Below, piece after piece: positions 25,506 to 43,311 of a stretch of 64,000 nucleotides of DNA (its first letter is position 1; each line of letters opens with the position of its first letter). The stretch lies in assembly GCF_009914755.1 (NCBI RefSeq), contig NC_060929.1; one strand, 5' to 3'. The DNA comes from the human T2T-CHM13v2.0 reference genome, Homo sapiens. The notes beneath the pieces are model-generated. The model searched no databases, was not told the origin of the DNA, and saw nothing but the letters and a program-made list of their open reading frames with translations. A program made the translations under genes and the position numbers.

Positions 25506-26587
25506 TGTTGCGGGAAGTCAGGGACCCTGAATGGAGGGACCGGCTGAAGCCATGGCAGAAGAACGTGGATTGTGAAGATTTCATGGACACTTATTAGTTT
25601 CCCAAATTAATACTTTTATAATTTCTTATGCCTGTCTTTACTGCAATCTCTAAACATAAATTGTGAAGATTTCATGGACACTTATCAGTTCCCCAATCAA
25701 TACCCTTGTGATTTCCTATGCCTGTCTTTACTTTAATCTCTTAATCCTGTCATCTCATAAGCTGAGGAGTATGTATGTCACCTCGGGACCCTGTGATGAT
25801 TGCATTAACTGCACAAATTGTACAGCATGTGTGTTTGAACAATATGAAATCTGGGTACCTTGAAAAAAGAACAGGATAACAGCAATGTTCAGGGAACAAG
25901 AGAGATAATCTTAAACTCTGACCACTGGTGAGCCGGGTGGAACAGAGCCATATTTCTCTTCTTTCAAAAGCAAATGGGAGAAATATCGCTGAATTCTTTT
26001 TCTCAGCAAGGAACATCCCTGAGAAAGAGAATGCGTCCCTGAGGGTGGGCCTCTAAAATGGCCCCCTTGGGTGCGGCCGTCTTTTATGGTCGAGCTGTAG
26101 GGATGAAATAAGCCCCAGTCTCCCATAGCGCTCCCAGGCTTATTAGGATGAGGAAATTCCCGCCTAATAAATTTTTGGTCAGACCAGTTGTCTGCTCTCA
26201 AACCCTGTCTCCTGATAAGATGTTATCAATGACAATGCATGCCCAAAACTTCATTAGCAATTTTAATTTCGCCCCGGTCCTGTGGTCCTGTGATCTCGCC
26301 CTGCCTCCATTTTCCTTGTGATATTCTATTACCTTGTGAAGCATGTGATCTCTGTGACCCACACCCTATTCGTACACTCCCTCCCCTTTTGAAAATCACT
26401 AATAAAAACTTGCCAGTTTTACGGCTCAGGGGGCATCACGGAACCTACCGACATGTGATGCCTCCCCCCAATGCCCAGCTTTAAAATTTCTCTCTTTTGT
26501 ACTCTGTCCCTTTATTTCTCAACCTGGCTGATGCTTAGGTAAAATAGAAAAGAACCTACGTGACTATTGGGGGCAGGCTCCCCAATA
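25506..26587 (+). mobile_element. Solo MER11 LTR (HERV-K11/HML-8)
   Basis: Starts tgttgcgggaagtcagggacc and has the internal duplicated ttgtgaagatttcatggacac unit. 6-bp TSD attgac at 25500-25505 and 26588-26593. Confidence 0.92.
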
Positions 26588-26924
26588 ATTGACCTGATGG
26601 GTGGGCTAGAAACAAGTGCTAATGATTGAATCACTTAGATGAGACTAATTTCATAAGTGTTTGGTTCATTAGTGAGTACATTCATTTACACATTTATTCT
26701 AACTGTGGAGTAACTTGGATCCTGAGCACTTACTTAACAAGAACTCCCTGTACCTATCACAATGGTCTTGAGATTACATATAAAATAAAGGCCCTTTGTC
26801 CAGAGGAACGGTAAAGGAGAATTAGTCAAGTATTCTGGTTAACTGATAACTTTGGGTTTCCCTAACCTTTAACCTTCAACTCATGGGAGTAAACAGGGAG
26901 TGACAACAACGGACTGTAACAGCC

Positions 26925-27141
<217 letters not shown>

Positions 27142-27810
27142 TCAAATCAGAATCATAACTAACTCTCACAACCCAATATTCACTTAGTGCTCTATTCCAG
27201 TAATTTTCAGTATTTGGTGCCAGTAATTAGACTGGTATTTGCATAAAAGTGTAAAATGTGTCCATTTCTAGAAATTTCTGATTGGCAAAGGGACAAACAA
27301 AAAAATTTTGGAGTAGTTCTTTTCCCCACCAGCTATGGAACTTTCTCAATGGACACGTATTGACCGTGGAAATTATCAGGCCTGGTTATAGAAATGTCAA
27401 TCACTTTTAGCCTTTAAGTTCAAAAACAGCATGAAGAAGGCACTGCTGATATTCTTGGCACTCAGTTGCAATAGAATCATTCTTTCTTTATAGAATTTTA
27501 GATGACTTTCAAGTCCATTTCCTTTTCTGACTTTCCTTGACATACTACTTTTTTTGATATACATCTTACAAACTGTCTAATCTGTACTAATTTTATACTT
27601 AGGTGATTTCAGAGTTTTAAAAGAGAACCCACACTGATAATATTTTGATCATTTTGGATGGCAATATTTCTGTACAAGTTGAAGCAGCGGTGACAACAGG
27701 CTTCTTAAAACACTCTCTTCATATTTTGAGATTATTAAATTTACAAAAATAAATTCTACTTTGCATGGAAAGCTGGGCTCACTTGGTCCTTACAAAAGTT
27801 GATTGTTTCC

Positions 27811-28206
<396 letters not shown>

Positions 28207-28316
28207 CTAAATATCTCCCTGAGAGGTATGCTTTATTGTCTAAAATTCTGACTTTGACATTAATTCCTTTAGATCCCAATGTTGCCTAATTAAAATTTGT
28301 ATACTACCATTGAGAA

Positions 28317-28940
28317 ATGTGGCAGATTGTATTTTCCAAAAATAGCCACAGCAATATTTCTGCTTTCACACACTCTATCAGATCGTTACCACTCCCCATC
28401 AAGATTTGGAGCCTCTTTTCATTTTCCTTGAATTGAGGTAGGCTGTTTGGACTGCCTTGGCCAACAAGAAAACAACAGAACAGATGCTGCATGACTTTTG
28501 TGACTAGTTCATAAAAGACAGTAAAGCTTCTGCCTGGCATGCTCTCTCCCTCTCTCTGTCTCTCTCTTTCTCTCTTTCTCTCTCTATCTCTGTGCTCATC
28601 CTTGGAACCCAGACGCCATGTAAGGAAGCCAAGTAGCCACATTGAAAGGCCACATGTAAGTATTCTGGCCATACCAAAGTTGAAGTTCCAGCTCACAGCC
28701 AGCATTGAAGCCACACATGTAGGCAAGTGAAGTCTTCAGAAGATTCTGGTACCCAGCCTCCAAGCCACTTGAGCTGCCTCTAGCCAAGTGTAGCAGAAAT
28801 GAGCTGTCTACATGTCTTCCCAAGTTACAGAATTGATGGTAAAGCAAATGACATCATATCTTTAGTTCACTTCGTTTTGGGGCTTTTTTTTTTTCAATTT
28901 TTGGTGTTTTGTTTTGTTTTTATGTAGCCATTGATAACCA
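28317..28940 (+). mobile_element. MaLR LTR (MLT1G/H/I-type)
   Basis: tgtggcagattgtattttccaaaaatagccaca start, ccttggaacccagacgccatgtaaggaagcc, end tatgtagccattgataac. Confidence 0.75.
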
Positions 28941-29749
28941 AAATAGGACTAACACATTATATTGGTACAAGTTAGTTTTTTAGATTAGCTATTTTGTAGC
29001 AGATATAAGAACCATGGGGATGATAGCATGGTACAGATAAGATTTAATGAAGAGATTTTTCTACTTATGGTGAGATTTTTCTACTTTTTCTACTTATGGT
29101 GAGTCGACCTGGCAGGGATGGGAAACGGGGGAGAGAAGAGAGATGGCAGGATGGCAAGAGGAGAATATAAGTAAGAATTTCCAAAAACAAATTCTTTGGA
29201 TGGGGAGTATAGATTAGTATTCCATATTTTAGAGCAATAAGACTTTTTAAAAATAAACATGCAATGCCTAGTTATACTTACCATTATCAGTAATTTTCAA
29301 GACGAATTTTTCATTCCATGTTTTATGAAGTAGCCAAGACTCCAAACTATCTACAGCAGAGTTTTCCATACCACTTCCACATATAACAAGCATTTTAGAG
29401 GAAAACAACCTTCTACAACCCCTTTCCTCTACACCAGGAAAGCTCAAGTTATCCACAGACTTCAATGTATATGACTTATTGTTCTCAGGAAACTGTTATG
29501 ACTTCTTTCTATGTAATACACACACACACACACACACACCTCGGTATATAACTATATATATAAAAAGAATCCCATACACACATATTTTTAACCTCAGTGA
29601 TGATAGAATACAATAGTGTTGCAAAATAATAAACAAATGGATATAGCAAATGATTTACCTTACTAATTGCTATTTAGTTTAATACTGTCATTATGGCATA
29701 ATTTCCCTGGAGACAAATCAATTATAAAATGCAGGGGTTTCAAAATCCA

Positions 29750-31660
<1,911 letters not shown>

Positions 31661-32262
31661 TTTTGATGGTCAATTTAATGTGTCAACTTGACTGAGCTAA
31701 GGAATACAAAGATAGCTGATAAAATATTATTTCTGGTGTGTCTGTGGGGGTGTTTCTGGAAGAGATTAGCATTTGAACCGGTAGACTGAGTAAAGAAGAT
31801 CTGCCCTTACCAGTGTAGGTAGGCATCATCTAATCTGTTGAGGGACTGAACTGAACAAAAAGGCAGAAGGGACAATTCGCTCTTTCTTCTTGAGATGGGA
31901 CATCCATTTTTCTCTTGCCCTCAAATATCAAAGCTCCTGGTTCTCAGGTCTTTGGACTGTAGCCTTACACCAGTTTTCCTCCCATCTTTGGTTCTCAGGC
32001 CTTCAGACTCAGATTGGGAGATACACCATTAGCTTCCCTCTTTCTCAGACCTTCAGATATGAACTGAATTACAACACTGGCTTTCTTGTATCTCCAGCTT
32101 GCAGACTGCTGTCTGCAAGATCATGGGACTTTTCAGCCTCCATAATCATATGAACCAACTCTAATTTTACATATTATGTAAATTCACATTTTATACATAT
32201 GTAATATATATTTATATATATATTTTATTAGTACTGTTTCTCTAAAGAACCCTGATTAATAC
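31661..32262 (+). mobile_element. MLT2 (ERVL) LTR
   Basis: tgatggtcaatttaatgtgtcaacttgactg start, ctgtttctctaaagaaccctgattaataca end. Confidence 0.85.
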
Positions 32263-32282
32263 AGCATTCGAATTAGAAATAA

Positions 32283-32557
32283 AGGCCAGGCGCAGTGGTT
32301 CATGCCTGTAATCCCAGCATTTTGGGAGGCCAAGGTGGGTGGGTCACCTGAGGTCGGGAGTTTGAGACCAGCCTGGCCAACATGGCAAAACCCCATCTCT
32401 ACTAAAAATACAAAAATTAGCCAGGCGTGGTGGTGCATGTCTATAATCCCAGCTACTTAGGAGGCTGAGGCGGAGGCTGCAGTGAGTTGAAATCGCACCA
32501 CTGCACTCCAGCCTGGGCAAAACTCTGTCTCAAAAACAAACAAACAAAAAAACAAAC
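32283..32557 (+). mobile_element. AluS element
   Basis: Alu consensus with small internal deletions. Confidence 0.92.
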
Positions 32558-32644
32558 TGGAAACTAAAAAGTAAAATTATCTTAGTTTTATGATTTTATA
32601 TATAGAAAACTCTAAAGAGGCCATGAAAATATTATAATTAAGGG

Positions 32645-32960
<316 letters not shown>

Positions 32961-32969
32961 AGATAAAAA

Positions 32970-35325
32970 GAACATATGCAAGTCAATAAATGTGATACAC
33001 CACATAAACAGAATTAAAAACAAAAATTACATGATCATCTCAATAGATGCAGAAAAAGCATATGACAAAATCCAGCATCCCTTTATGATTAAAACTCAGC
33101 AAAATCGGCATACAAGGGACATACTTTAATGTAATAAAAGCCATTTATGACAAACCCACAGCTAACATAATACTGTAATATTGAATGGAGAGAAGTTGAA
33201 AGCATTCCCTCTGAGACCGGGAACAAGACAAGGACGCCCACTCTCACCACTCCTCTTCAACACAGTACTGGAAGTCCTAGCCAGGACATTCAGACAGCAG
33301 AAAGAAATAAAGGGCATCCAAATCAGTAAAGAGGAAGTCAAACTGTCACTGTTTCCTGACGATATGACTGTTTACTTTGAAAACCCTAAAGACTACTCCA
33401 GAAAGCTGCTAGAACGGATAAAAAGAATTCAGCAAAGTTTCCAGATACAAGATTAATGTACACAAATTGGTAGCTCTTCTATACACCAACAGCAACCAAG
33501 CTGAGAATCAAATCAAGAACTTAACCCCTTTTACAATAGCTGCAAAAAAAAATTAAATACTTAGGAATATACCTAACCAAAGAGTCAAAAAACCCCTACA
33601 AGGAAAACTACCCAACACTGCTGAAAGAAATCATAGACGACACAAACAAATGGAAACACATCCCATGCTCATGGATGGGTAGAATCAATATTGTGAAAAT
33701 GACCATACTGCCAAAAGCAATCTATAAATTCAATGCAATCCCCATCAAAATACCACCATAATTCTTCACAGAATTAGAAAAAACAACTCTAAAATTAATA
33801 TGGAATCAAAAAAGAGAATGCACAGCCAAAGCAAGACTAAGCAAAAAGAACAAATCTGAAGGCATCACACTACCTGATTTCAAACTACATCATAAGGCCG
33901 TAGTCACCAAAACAGCGTGGTACTGGTATAAAATAGGCACATATACCAATGGAACAGAATAGAGAACCCAGAAACCCAAATACAGCCAACTGATCTTTGA
34001 CAAAGCAGACAAAAACATAAAGTGGGGAAAGGAGACCCTTTTCAACAAATGATGCTGGGATAATTGGCTAGCCACATGTAAGAGAATGAAACTGGATCCT
34101 CATCTCTCACCTCATACAAAAATCAACTCAAGATGAATCAAAGACTTAAACCTAAGACCTGAAGCTATAAAAATTCTGAAGATAACATTAGAAAAAGCCT
34201 TCTAGACTTTGGCTTAGGCAAGGATTTCATGACCAAGAACCCAAGCGCAAATGCAATAAAAACAAAGATAAATAGCTGGGACCTAATTAAACTAAAGAGC
34301 TTTTGCACGGCAAAAGGAACAGTCAGCAGAGTAAACGGACAACCCACAGAGTGGGAGAAAATCTTCACAATCTGTACATCTGACAAAGGACAAATATCCA
34401 GAATCTACAATGAACTCAAACAAATCAGTAAGAAAAAAACAATCTCATCAAAAAGTGGGCTAAGGACATGAATAGACAATTCTCAAAAGAAGATATACAA
34501 ATGGCCAACAAACATATGAAAAAGAAAAAATGCTTAACATCACTAATGGTCAGGGAAACGCAAATCAAAACCACAATGCAATACCACCTTACTCCTGCAA
34601 GAATGACCATAATCAAAAAATCAAAAAACAGTAGATGTTGGCATGGATGCGGTTATCAGGGAACGCTTCTACAGTGTTGGTGGGAATGTAAACTAGTATA
34701 GCCACTATGGAAAACAGTGTGGAGATTCCTTAAAGAACTAAAGGTAGAACTACCATTTGATCCAGCAATCCCACTACTGGGTATCTACCCAGAGGAAAAG
34801 AAGTCATTATTCGAAAAAGAAACTTGCACACACGTTTATAGCAGCACAATTCACAACTGCAAAACCGTGGAACCGACCCAAATGCCCAACAGTCAATGAG
34901 TGGATAAAGAAACTGTGACATATATATGTATTTACACAATGGAATACTACTCAGCCATAAAAAGGAATGAATTAACAGCATTTGCAGTGACCTGGATGAG
35001 ATTGTAGATTATTATTCTAAGTGAGGTAACTCAGGAATGGCAAACCAAATATTGTATGTCTTCACTGATATGTGGGAGCTAAGCTATGAGGACACAAAGG
35101 TATGTAAGAATGATACAATGATACAATGGACTCTGGGGACTTGGGGGGAAGAGTGTGAGATGGGTGAGGGATAAAAGACTACAAATACGGTGCAGTGTAT
35201 ACTGCTCAGGTGATGGGTGCACCAAAATATCACAAATTACCATGAAAGAACGAAAGAACTTACTCATGTAACCAAATACCACCTGTACCCCAATAACTTA
35301 TGGAAGAATAAAAAATAAAAATAAA
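32970..35325 (+). mobile_element. 5'-truncated L1PB element (RT domain to 3' end)
   Basis: ORF fragments [21 protein letters not shown] and LFPDDM (degenerate L1 RT FADD). 3' end ccacctgtaccccaataacttatgg plus A-tail. Confidence 0.92.
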
Positions 35326-35919
35326 ATTTTGGTTTTGTTTTTGGATAGAGAAAAAAAATTTTATGAGTTTTACTGATGGAGACTTCTTATTCTCTGCTTA
35401 TTTTAACTGTCATTACCATACTGTATATTAGATTCCCTGAACAGTAGAAAGGTGATTGTTAGGGCTGGGAGTGGGGGAAATGGGGAGATATTAAAGCATA
35501 AAAACTTTCAGTGATAAGATGAATAATGCAACATTTTTGTGGGAGAGAGATGAATTAGAGGGCTGCTTCTCATGAACTGGGGGTTGGTGGAGGGCAGAGA
35601 AACTGAGACTCTCTGTTCCACAGTGGACATTTTATTTGTTTTGATATTCACAAGATGTCCTTAGGAGTTCCACTGTTTTTTTTTTTAAAAAAAAAAAAAG
35701 AAAGAAAATTTGAAACTGCAGCAATAATTAATTATTGGCCCAAGAGGGCTTTTTAATATCATATCCTTCACCAGAAACTTCATAATAGGCCCTTTTCCTT
35801 TTTAAAATGCTTATTGTTAAGGGACTTATGTGCTAGTGAGTATTTGAACAAGTTAGCCCTTAATTACTCAAAATAGTTCAAAATTTATTGTGAAATGATT
35901 GTCTAAAAATTAATAGTTG

Positions 35920-36205
<286 letters not shown>

Positions 36206-37001
36206 AATATATATATATTATATATAAAATATACATGTATATATAAAATATACATATATATATAATATATGTATAATATATTATATAATATATATTATAT
36301 ATGTATAATATATTATATAATATATATTATATATGTATAATATATTATATAATATATATTATATAATGTATAATATACATGTATATTATATAATATATAT
36401 TTTATATAATATATAATATACATGTATATTATATATAATATTTATATAATATATAATATACATGTATATTATATATAATATTTATATAATATATAATATA
36501 CATGTATATTATATATAATATTTATATAATATATAATATTTATTATATATACATTATATACATGTATATTATATATTATATATAATATATAATATACATG
36601 TATATTATATATTATATATAATATATAATATACATGTATATTATATATTATATATAATATATAATATACATGAATAATATATATAATACACATATATTAT
36701 ATATTATATATAATATACATATATTTTATATATAATACACATATTATATATTATATACATATATAATATATAATATACATATATATTATATGTATATATA
36801 AAATATATATAATATATATAATATGTATATAATCTATTATATATATTATATATAATATATATGTGTATTATATATGTATATTATATATAACATATACAAT
36901 ATATGTGTATTATATATTATATATGTATATCATATATAATATATAATATATAATATATGTGTATTATATATAATATGTATATTATATATATACATATATA
37001 T
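36206..37001. repeat. AT-rich minisatellite/(TA)n low-complexity array
   Basis: About 800 nt of almost pure A/T with recurring atatataatatacatgtatatt units. Confidence 0.97.
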
Positions 37002-37329
37002 CAATAGTGAAGTCTAAAACAGTGAATTCAGTTGAGCAGAGCAAAGTGCAACTAAGCAATAAAATTCTGAGCTTAGTTTTCATAGGTAGATAAAATAGCA
37101 TTTCTTTGTTCATGAACTTGAAATCATTTCATAAACACATGCCATTAAGAAAACATTTCTGGAGAAGTAATTCCAGAAGGGAATGTGAGACGTGCAATGG
37201 GAAACAACAGGAGAATGAAAAGTCTTGAGCTTAGTCCTAACTCATGATCCACAAGCCAAGCGACCTTGAGTAAATTATTGAACCTCTCTGGCTTTATTGT
37301 TCTCTCCCAAAAAAATATGGGCCACAATC

Positions 37330-37660
37330 TGTTATAGACTGAACTGTATCCCCCTAAAATTCATATGTTGAAGCCCTGACTTCCAATGTGACTCTATTTG
37401 AAACCAGGGCCTTTAAACACATAATTGAGATAAATCCCATATAATTGGCATCCTTACAAGAAGAGACACCCACAGACCATGTGAAGACAGAGTAAGAAGG
37501 TGGCCATCTGCAAGCCAAGAAGAGACCTCAGAAGAAACCACACTTAATGACACCTTGGTCTTGGTCTTCCCGCCTCCAGATCTGCAACAGAATAAATTTC
37601 TGTTGTTTAAGCCACTCAGTCTATGGAATTTTGTTTGGCAACCCTAGCAAACTAATACAT
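37330..37660 (+). mobile_element. MaLR LTR (MLT1A/MST-type)
   Basis: tgttatagactgaactgtatccccctaaaattcatatgttgaagccc start, accctagcaaactaataca end. Confidence 0.85.
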
Positions 37661-38999
37661 AAACCCTGTCCTGAAAATCTGGCAAGGATTCTGGAAAGAT
37701 TGCATGACAAAATAAATGTGAAAGTCCTTCGTAAACTACAAAATTTACCAAAAAGAGAAGGTACCATTCTCTCTCATGGGATCATCATTTGCCTTCATGC
37801 ATAAGGGACAATCCACTTAAGGAAAACATAAGACCAAAGAAAAAACAAAAATATTGGTTTATGTTTATTAGCTGATTTGTATTAGGTCAACTTTTCCCAG
37901 TTTATGTGGTCTTAGGAGATGAAGTCCACTTTATGGTCAGAACAACAGGAAGACTAATGTTATTGTAAGGACAAAGACCCTGATAAAATTGCCCATTTAT
38001 TGATGTCAGCAGTGCCATGGGTTGTAATTTATTTCTCTCTAGGAAGATGACTTATTTCTACAGAAAATAATAACATCTAACATTTGTTGAGCACTTACAT
38101 GTACTTTTTTCCACCTATTAGCTCAATTAATCCTTACAACAACATTTTGGGTAGTACTGTTATTCACAATATGAAGATCTTGAGGCTAAAACTTGTAAGT
38201 AGAGAAACTGGGATCCAGACTGTAGTCGGTCCCTTAGCGCCTCAGCCAAATCGCTGCTATTAGTTATTAGAAGTTCTTCTATAAGGCCAGGAATTACAGA
38301 AAATTTCATACAAAAATCTGCACCAATGTGATTTGGCACTATTACCCCTTCCAAGTATTTTCGCACCCACACATACTGTGTTTATCATTACATGATGGAA
38401 ATATATATTTCCATTAAAAATAGAAACATTCATAAGGTACCTAAAAATTTTATTCTATTTGACCTAAATCTATGCATGGGTGACTTCCAACAAAAGCTAG
38501 ATATTTTAAGGGGGCTTGAACAAACTGATGTGCTGTTCCATCATATTTTCACTACATAAGGGTACATAAAATTCATGTTTTTACTTATCAGTCTTACTTC
38601 AATACTGATGTAAAGCTCCTAAACTTGACAAGTGAGAATATTTTAAATCAGGGAGAGACCTTTGAATAATTTGAAACTAAAAATCAGGCATAAAAAATCG
38701 CTACAGAAAACAAAAACATTTATAAAACATTTTGTGATCATTCTTAACATCTACTCAGAGAATTTTAAGCATGCTAATTACATAGAATTTCTGCTCTTTT
38801 GTGTTGTTTGCTTCCATTGTAGTCTGTATTTGAATAGAAGCTTCTATAACAATACAGCTGACTGAGTGTAAATCGACTAGTGTCAATTAAATTGACCAGT
38901 GTCATATGAGGCTTCAGATTGTTCCAGCAGTCAGATACATCTTTAACCTGCTGGTTCCTTCCTGACATCATTTAAACAGGCACATAACTAGCTCATCTT

Positions 39000-40100
39000 T
39001 GAAAAGCAAACTCTCTTTCTCATCACCATGTCCACCCTCTGGCCATTGCCTCTACCCCTTATAGTCAAGTTCATTGCAAGAATGGCTTATATACTCATTG
39101 GTTTCATATTCTTTCTTTCTTGTTCATACTGTTTTATCCTCTCTGCAGCATCAGATACTGGTGCTCACTCTCTCCTTGAAACACTGTCTCCTCATTCCTG
39201 TAACATCCTCTCTCCTTATTTCCCTCTTCTGTCTCTCTCTTCTCCTAGATTCCCTTTGGAGACTCCTTTTCCCTAGATTCTCTCTTCAGATTTATCATCT
39301 TCAACTCTCCTGAACTGATCTATTTCCATGACTCAAATCACCCCCTATTTCTGATGAGTCCCAAAGATACCTGCAGCAACAAATGTTTCTCTAGCTGCCT
39401 TTTCAACACCTCCACCTGGAAGTCCCTCAGACATCTTGAACTTAAAGTTTTCCTCCAGCAAACCCAGTCTTTTTTCTGTATTCTCTGATAAATACATGAA
39501 TAGAACCCCAATTCAAACTTTTGCTAAAGTTCAATGCAAACTTCTGTTTTTTCCTAGGTTAAGGCAATGACCTTTAAACTGTTCTTCCTGCCTCCAGTCT
39601 TGGCCCATCTCTCCAATCTTCACCCTGATGCCAAGTGGTCATCCCAAATCACATACCCAATTGTGGTGTTCTTTTTAAATTCCATGGTTGGTTCCCCAAA
39701 GTCTGCAAAGTCCAACATTTCAAGAATGGTATACATGGTATACATGGCCCCTCAACATGAGCAACTGCTTCTCTCCCCAGTTTCACTGCTAAACCACCTC
39801 CCTCCATAGCCTCTGTACTTTAGCCAGAGTAATCTCTATTTCATTTGCAGAAATCAGTTTATTCTCTCTTTCGATTGTGCCTTTGCATATACTGTTGATT
39901 TTGTCTGCAATGCCCTTTGCACCAGCCTCTTCACTTGGCTAAATCCCTAAAAAACTCAGATCAGGAGTCACAGTATCTTGGAAGACTTCTACAAAGATCC
40001 CTTCCCTTCACTCCTTCCCTGACCCCCCTGATTTTGTTTAAGTCTTCTTGTGTGTTCCCCTGATACCCTATGCATGGCTCTGTCATAGCACTTATTTTTA
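39000..40100 (+). mobile_element. L2 relic
   Basis: CT-rich L2-like sequence (ctccttgaaacactgtctcc, ctccacctggaagtccctcagacatctt). Confidence 0.55.
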
Positions 40101-40517
40101 TGGTTATTCATGCATTTCTCTGGAAAGTTTTTTATTTGTTTTGCTTTGTTTTGTTTGATTTGAAGACAAACTGTAATGTGGAATACATTACCCTAACTTG
40201 GGTGTTTTTCCTCCACACTCACCCACCAACCCTTGGAATGCCAAGGGAGGGCTCCTCACTGCCCTCTACCAGCCATAGAACCTGAAAGCCACGAAGAGGC
40301 TCTGACCCTACCAACAGTACAGGCAGTGAAAAACAACCTTGGGATGTACTAATTATTAGAAAACTGAGGTTTGGGGAGAGAAAAGAGAAAAGGGTTGGCA
40401 AAATCAGAGAGGGGGATAAAAGAGTTAAAAGGCTAGAAAGATAAGGAAGGTAGTAACGTGAAACAAGGAAGGCCTTAAGTCCAATTCTCAACTCCGCCAA
40501 AACGTTTTGTGTACATG

Positions 40518-40519
<2 letters not shown>

Positions 40520-40560
<41 letters not shown>

Positions 40561-40576
40561 GGTGTGTGTGTGTGTT
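40520..40576. repeat. (TG)n microsatellite
   Basis: Interrupted TG dinucleotide run. Confidence 0.95.
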
Positions 40577-41800
40577 TGCTTTTGGGGGAGGAAGGTTAGC
40601 AACCTAGGCAGAAACCTGGATAAGAAAGGAAATTGTTCTTGCCTTCCCATTCCTTCTCCTTCCAAAGCAGGAGACAACAGAGACACCTGCAGTGTTGGCT
40701 TCTGACTGGAGGACAATGACCCAGCTGATCCTTCTGACGTCTTACGTTCACAGAGAACAGCAGCCAACACATCCTGTGGCTCAAAAGCTGTAGCAGCATT
40801 TTTTATCTGGGATTACAAAATACAATGGTCTGGCACTTACAAAATTCTCAAGAAATACTTGTTGATAGACAAACAAAGTAAACAGTCAACATGGGCAAAA
40901 TGTTGATTATTGAAGCTGGGTAATGAGACTTAAATGTTCTGAAATAGAAACTTTTTAAAAAACTGCAGAAAAATCCAAATTCAAGTTTTGTGTGAAGTAT
41001 ATTTAGTAAATAGTAAACAGTTACTAAACATGAGATATATAAAATATCCCACATTTCTGAAGAGAATAAAAATATCAGAGTTGTCAAAGGCAGGTGTGTT
41101 TAAGTTCAGCACGATGACCTGGCACATGGGAAACATATAATAAATGCAAACCCTATATAGTACGTTTTTGGCTGGTCTTGGCTTTAAGCTTTGTACTCAA
41201 CAGAGTCTAAAGCCATTAGAGAACAGAGGATCCCCCTCTAATGTGACCCAGTGCCTTTATATAGCAGTGGTTACTTGATGAGTCAAAAATTTAGTTTTTC
41301 ATGAAATATATAGTAAAACCTCAATTAATTGGAAGGGGTTACTTTATCTGAGTATAGAAGTGGTAGCTAGAACCTCTGAGTAGAAGGATATTCATGGAAT
41401 TGTTAATCTATGTTTTTTATGTATCCTTCTCTGTCTTTCTCCTCCCAACCATACTTAATTTCACTGGTGTCCCATAAACTAATAAAGAATTAAAGGAGCC
41501 ACTGACAAGCAAGTTAACTTCAAATGAATAAGATAGACTAGATGCACTAGAGAACAGCTAGAGAAGTGGAGGAGGCTGTAATGCACAGTTACAGGAAGGA
41601 TCAGAAAGCAGAAGGGAACTCAGCTGAGATCTTTTTGACCCTCACTTCCTTGGCCCTTATCATAGTTGGACAAGGCTACACACAAAAGTACCAGACATTT
41701 ATTAGGGAGCCTGAAAAGAGGGTAAGGTGATTGGACATTGTGTGCAGGAGGGAAGGCACAGACTCCCACATCTCCAAGATGGAAACAAACAAAGCCAACC

Positions 41801-41820
41801 GGGAATTTCCCTGTGAGTCA
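41801..41820 (+). promoter_or_regulatory. Adjacent NF-kB and AP-1 motifs (candidate enhancer)
   Basis: GGGAATTTCC (41801-41810) and TGAGTCA (41814-41820). Confidence 0.5.
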
Positions 41821-42960
41821 GGGCAGTATTTGACACACCACCACTGTTTTATACCTGCTTGTTATAATCTTTGTTGTTGAAAGGCATGTCTACAGCCTAC
41901 CATGCGGAGAATATGATTACATCTTCCCGTTACTGCCTGGATTCTTGCCCAGCCTCAAGGCCATTATTCTGACCATTAGTTCTTGTTGTACTTAACTGTT
42001 AATGGAGAAGAAGGTATGAGGATAGGAATTGAATACATCATTGAGCCTAGAATATACCCCCAGAAGTCAGTCATTTAACAAATTTTCAATAGGAATTCAT
42101 GATTAAATCCACACTTCTTTAAAAATAAAATCATAGTTAACGAAGGGCTCATTATCTTTATTTTACAAGAGTGGATAACTGAGTATTACATTTCCACATT
42201 TTGCTAATTAGGTCTTTTCAATTATTTAAATGACGGTCTATATTCTAACATTTTGAAATGAAAATGGCAGAGGGGGTTAAGGGAGGAAGAAAAGTAAAGA
42301 ATTTCAATTTGACTTGATTTATATTTAATTAATGTCTCTCCAGTACTAGTGAAATATTTTTATGTGAGAGATTTTAATAAAAAGTAAAAATATTCTAATG
42401 TACGAGAAAATACTGTATTATATAAACAATGATATATTACCTAAAAGCCCTCAAGTGAAAATTTCAAGTATAAAAACGTATAGAAATTAATACATGCAAT
42501 TTAGATATTTTTATCTGTGTTAAATAAACAGTTCTAATACTCTGATTATCCTTCTAGGCTGAAAACAGAAGACTAGTCTGATAACAGAGAAAACACATCA
42601 AAGTGTGTTTAAGCAAGATATTTAAAAAGAAATAGTAATTTAATACTAAGGGCTACCATTTATCAAGAAATCTACTGTGATCTGGGAATAGTGACTACCT
42701 CTTTATGCACTTTCTATTATTTAATCCTCTTCATAACCCCATGAATAATGTATTTTTTACTTCTCATTGTTGAGAAAAGAAAATGTGATTAAATAACTTG
42801 CTGAAAGTCACATAACAAGTTATGAGCTATTCCTGGATATGAATATAAGTTTATTTTATTCTAAAGTCTATGTGTTTATATTGCCCACAGGTTACATGTT
42901 CTACAAGGACGGGTACCAGTCTAATTTGTTCTCCACTGGCCTATGCTATGTGTTCAATAA

Positions 42961-43311
<351 letters not shown>

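Noticed and set aside
40219-40770. 183-aa minus-strand ORF
   Set aside because: Spans a (CA)n microsatellite and low-complexity sequence, with no recognisable homology.
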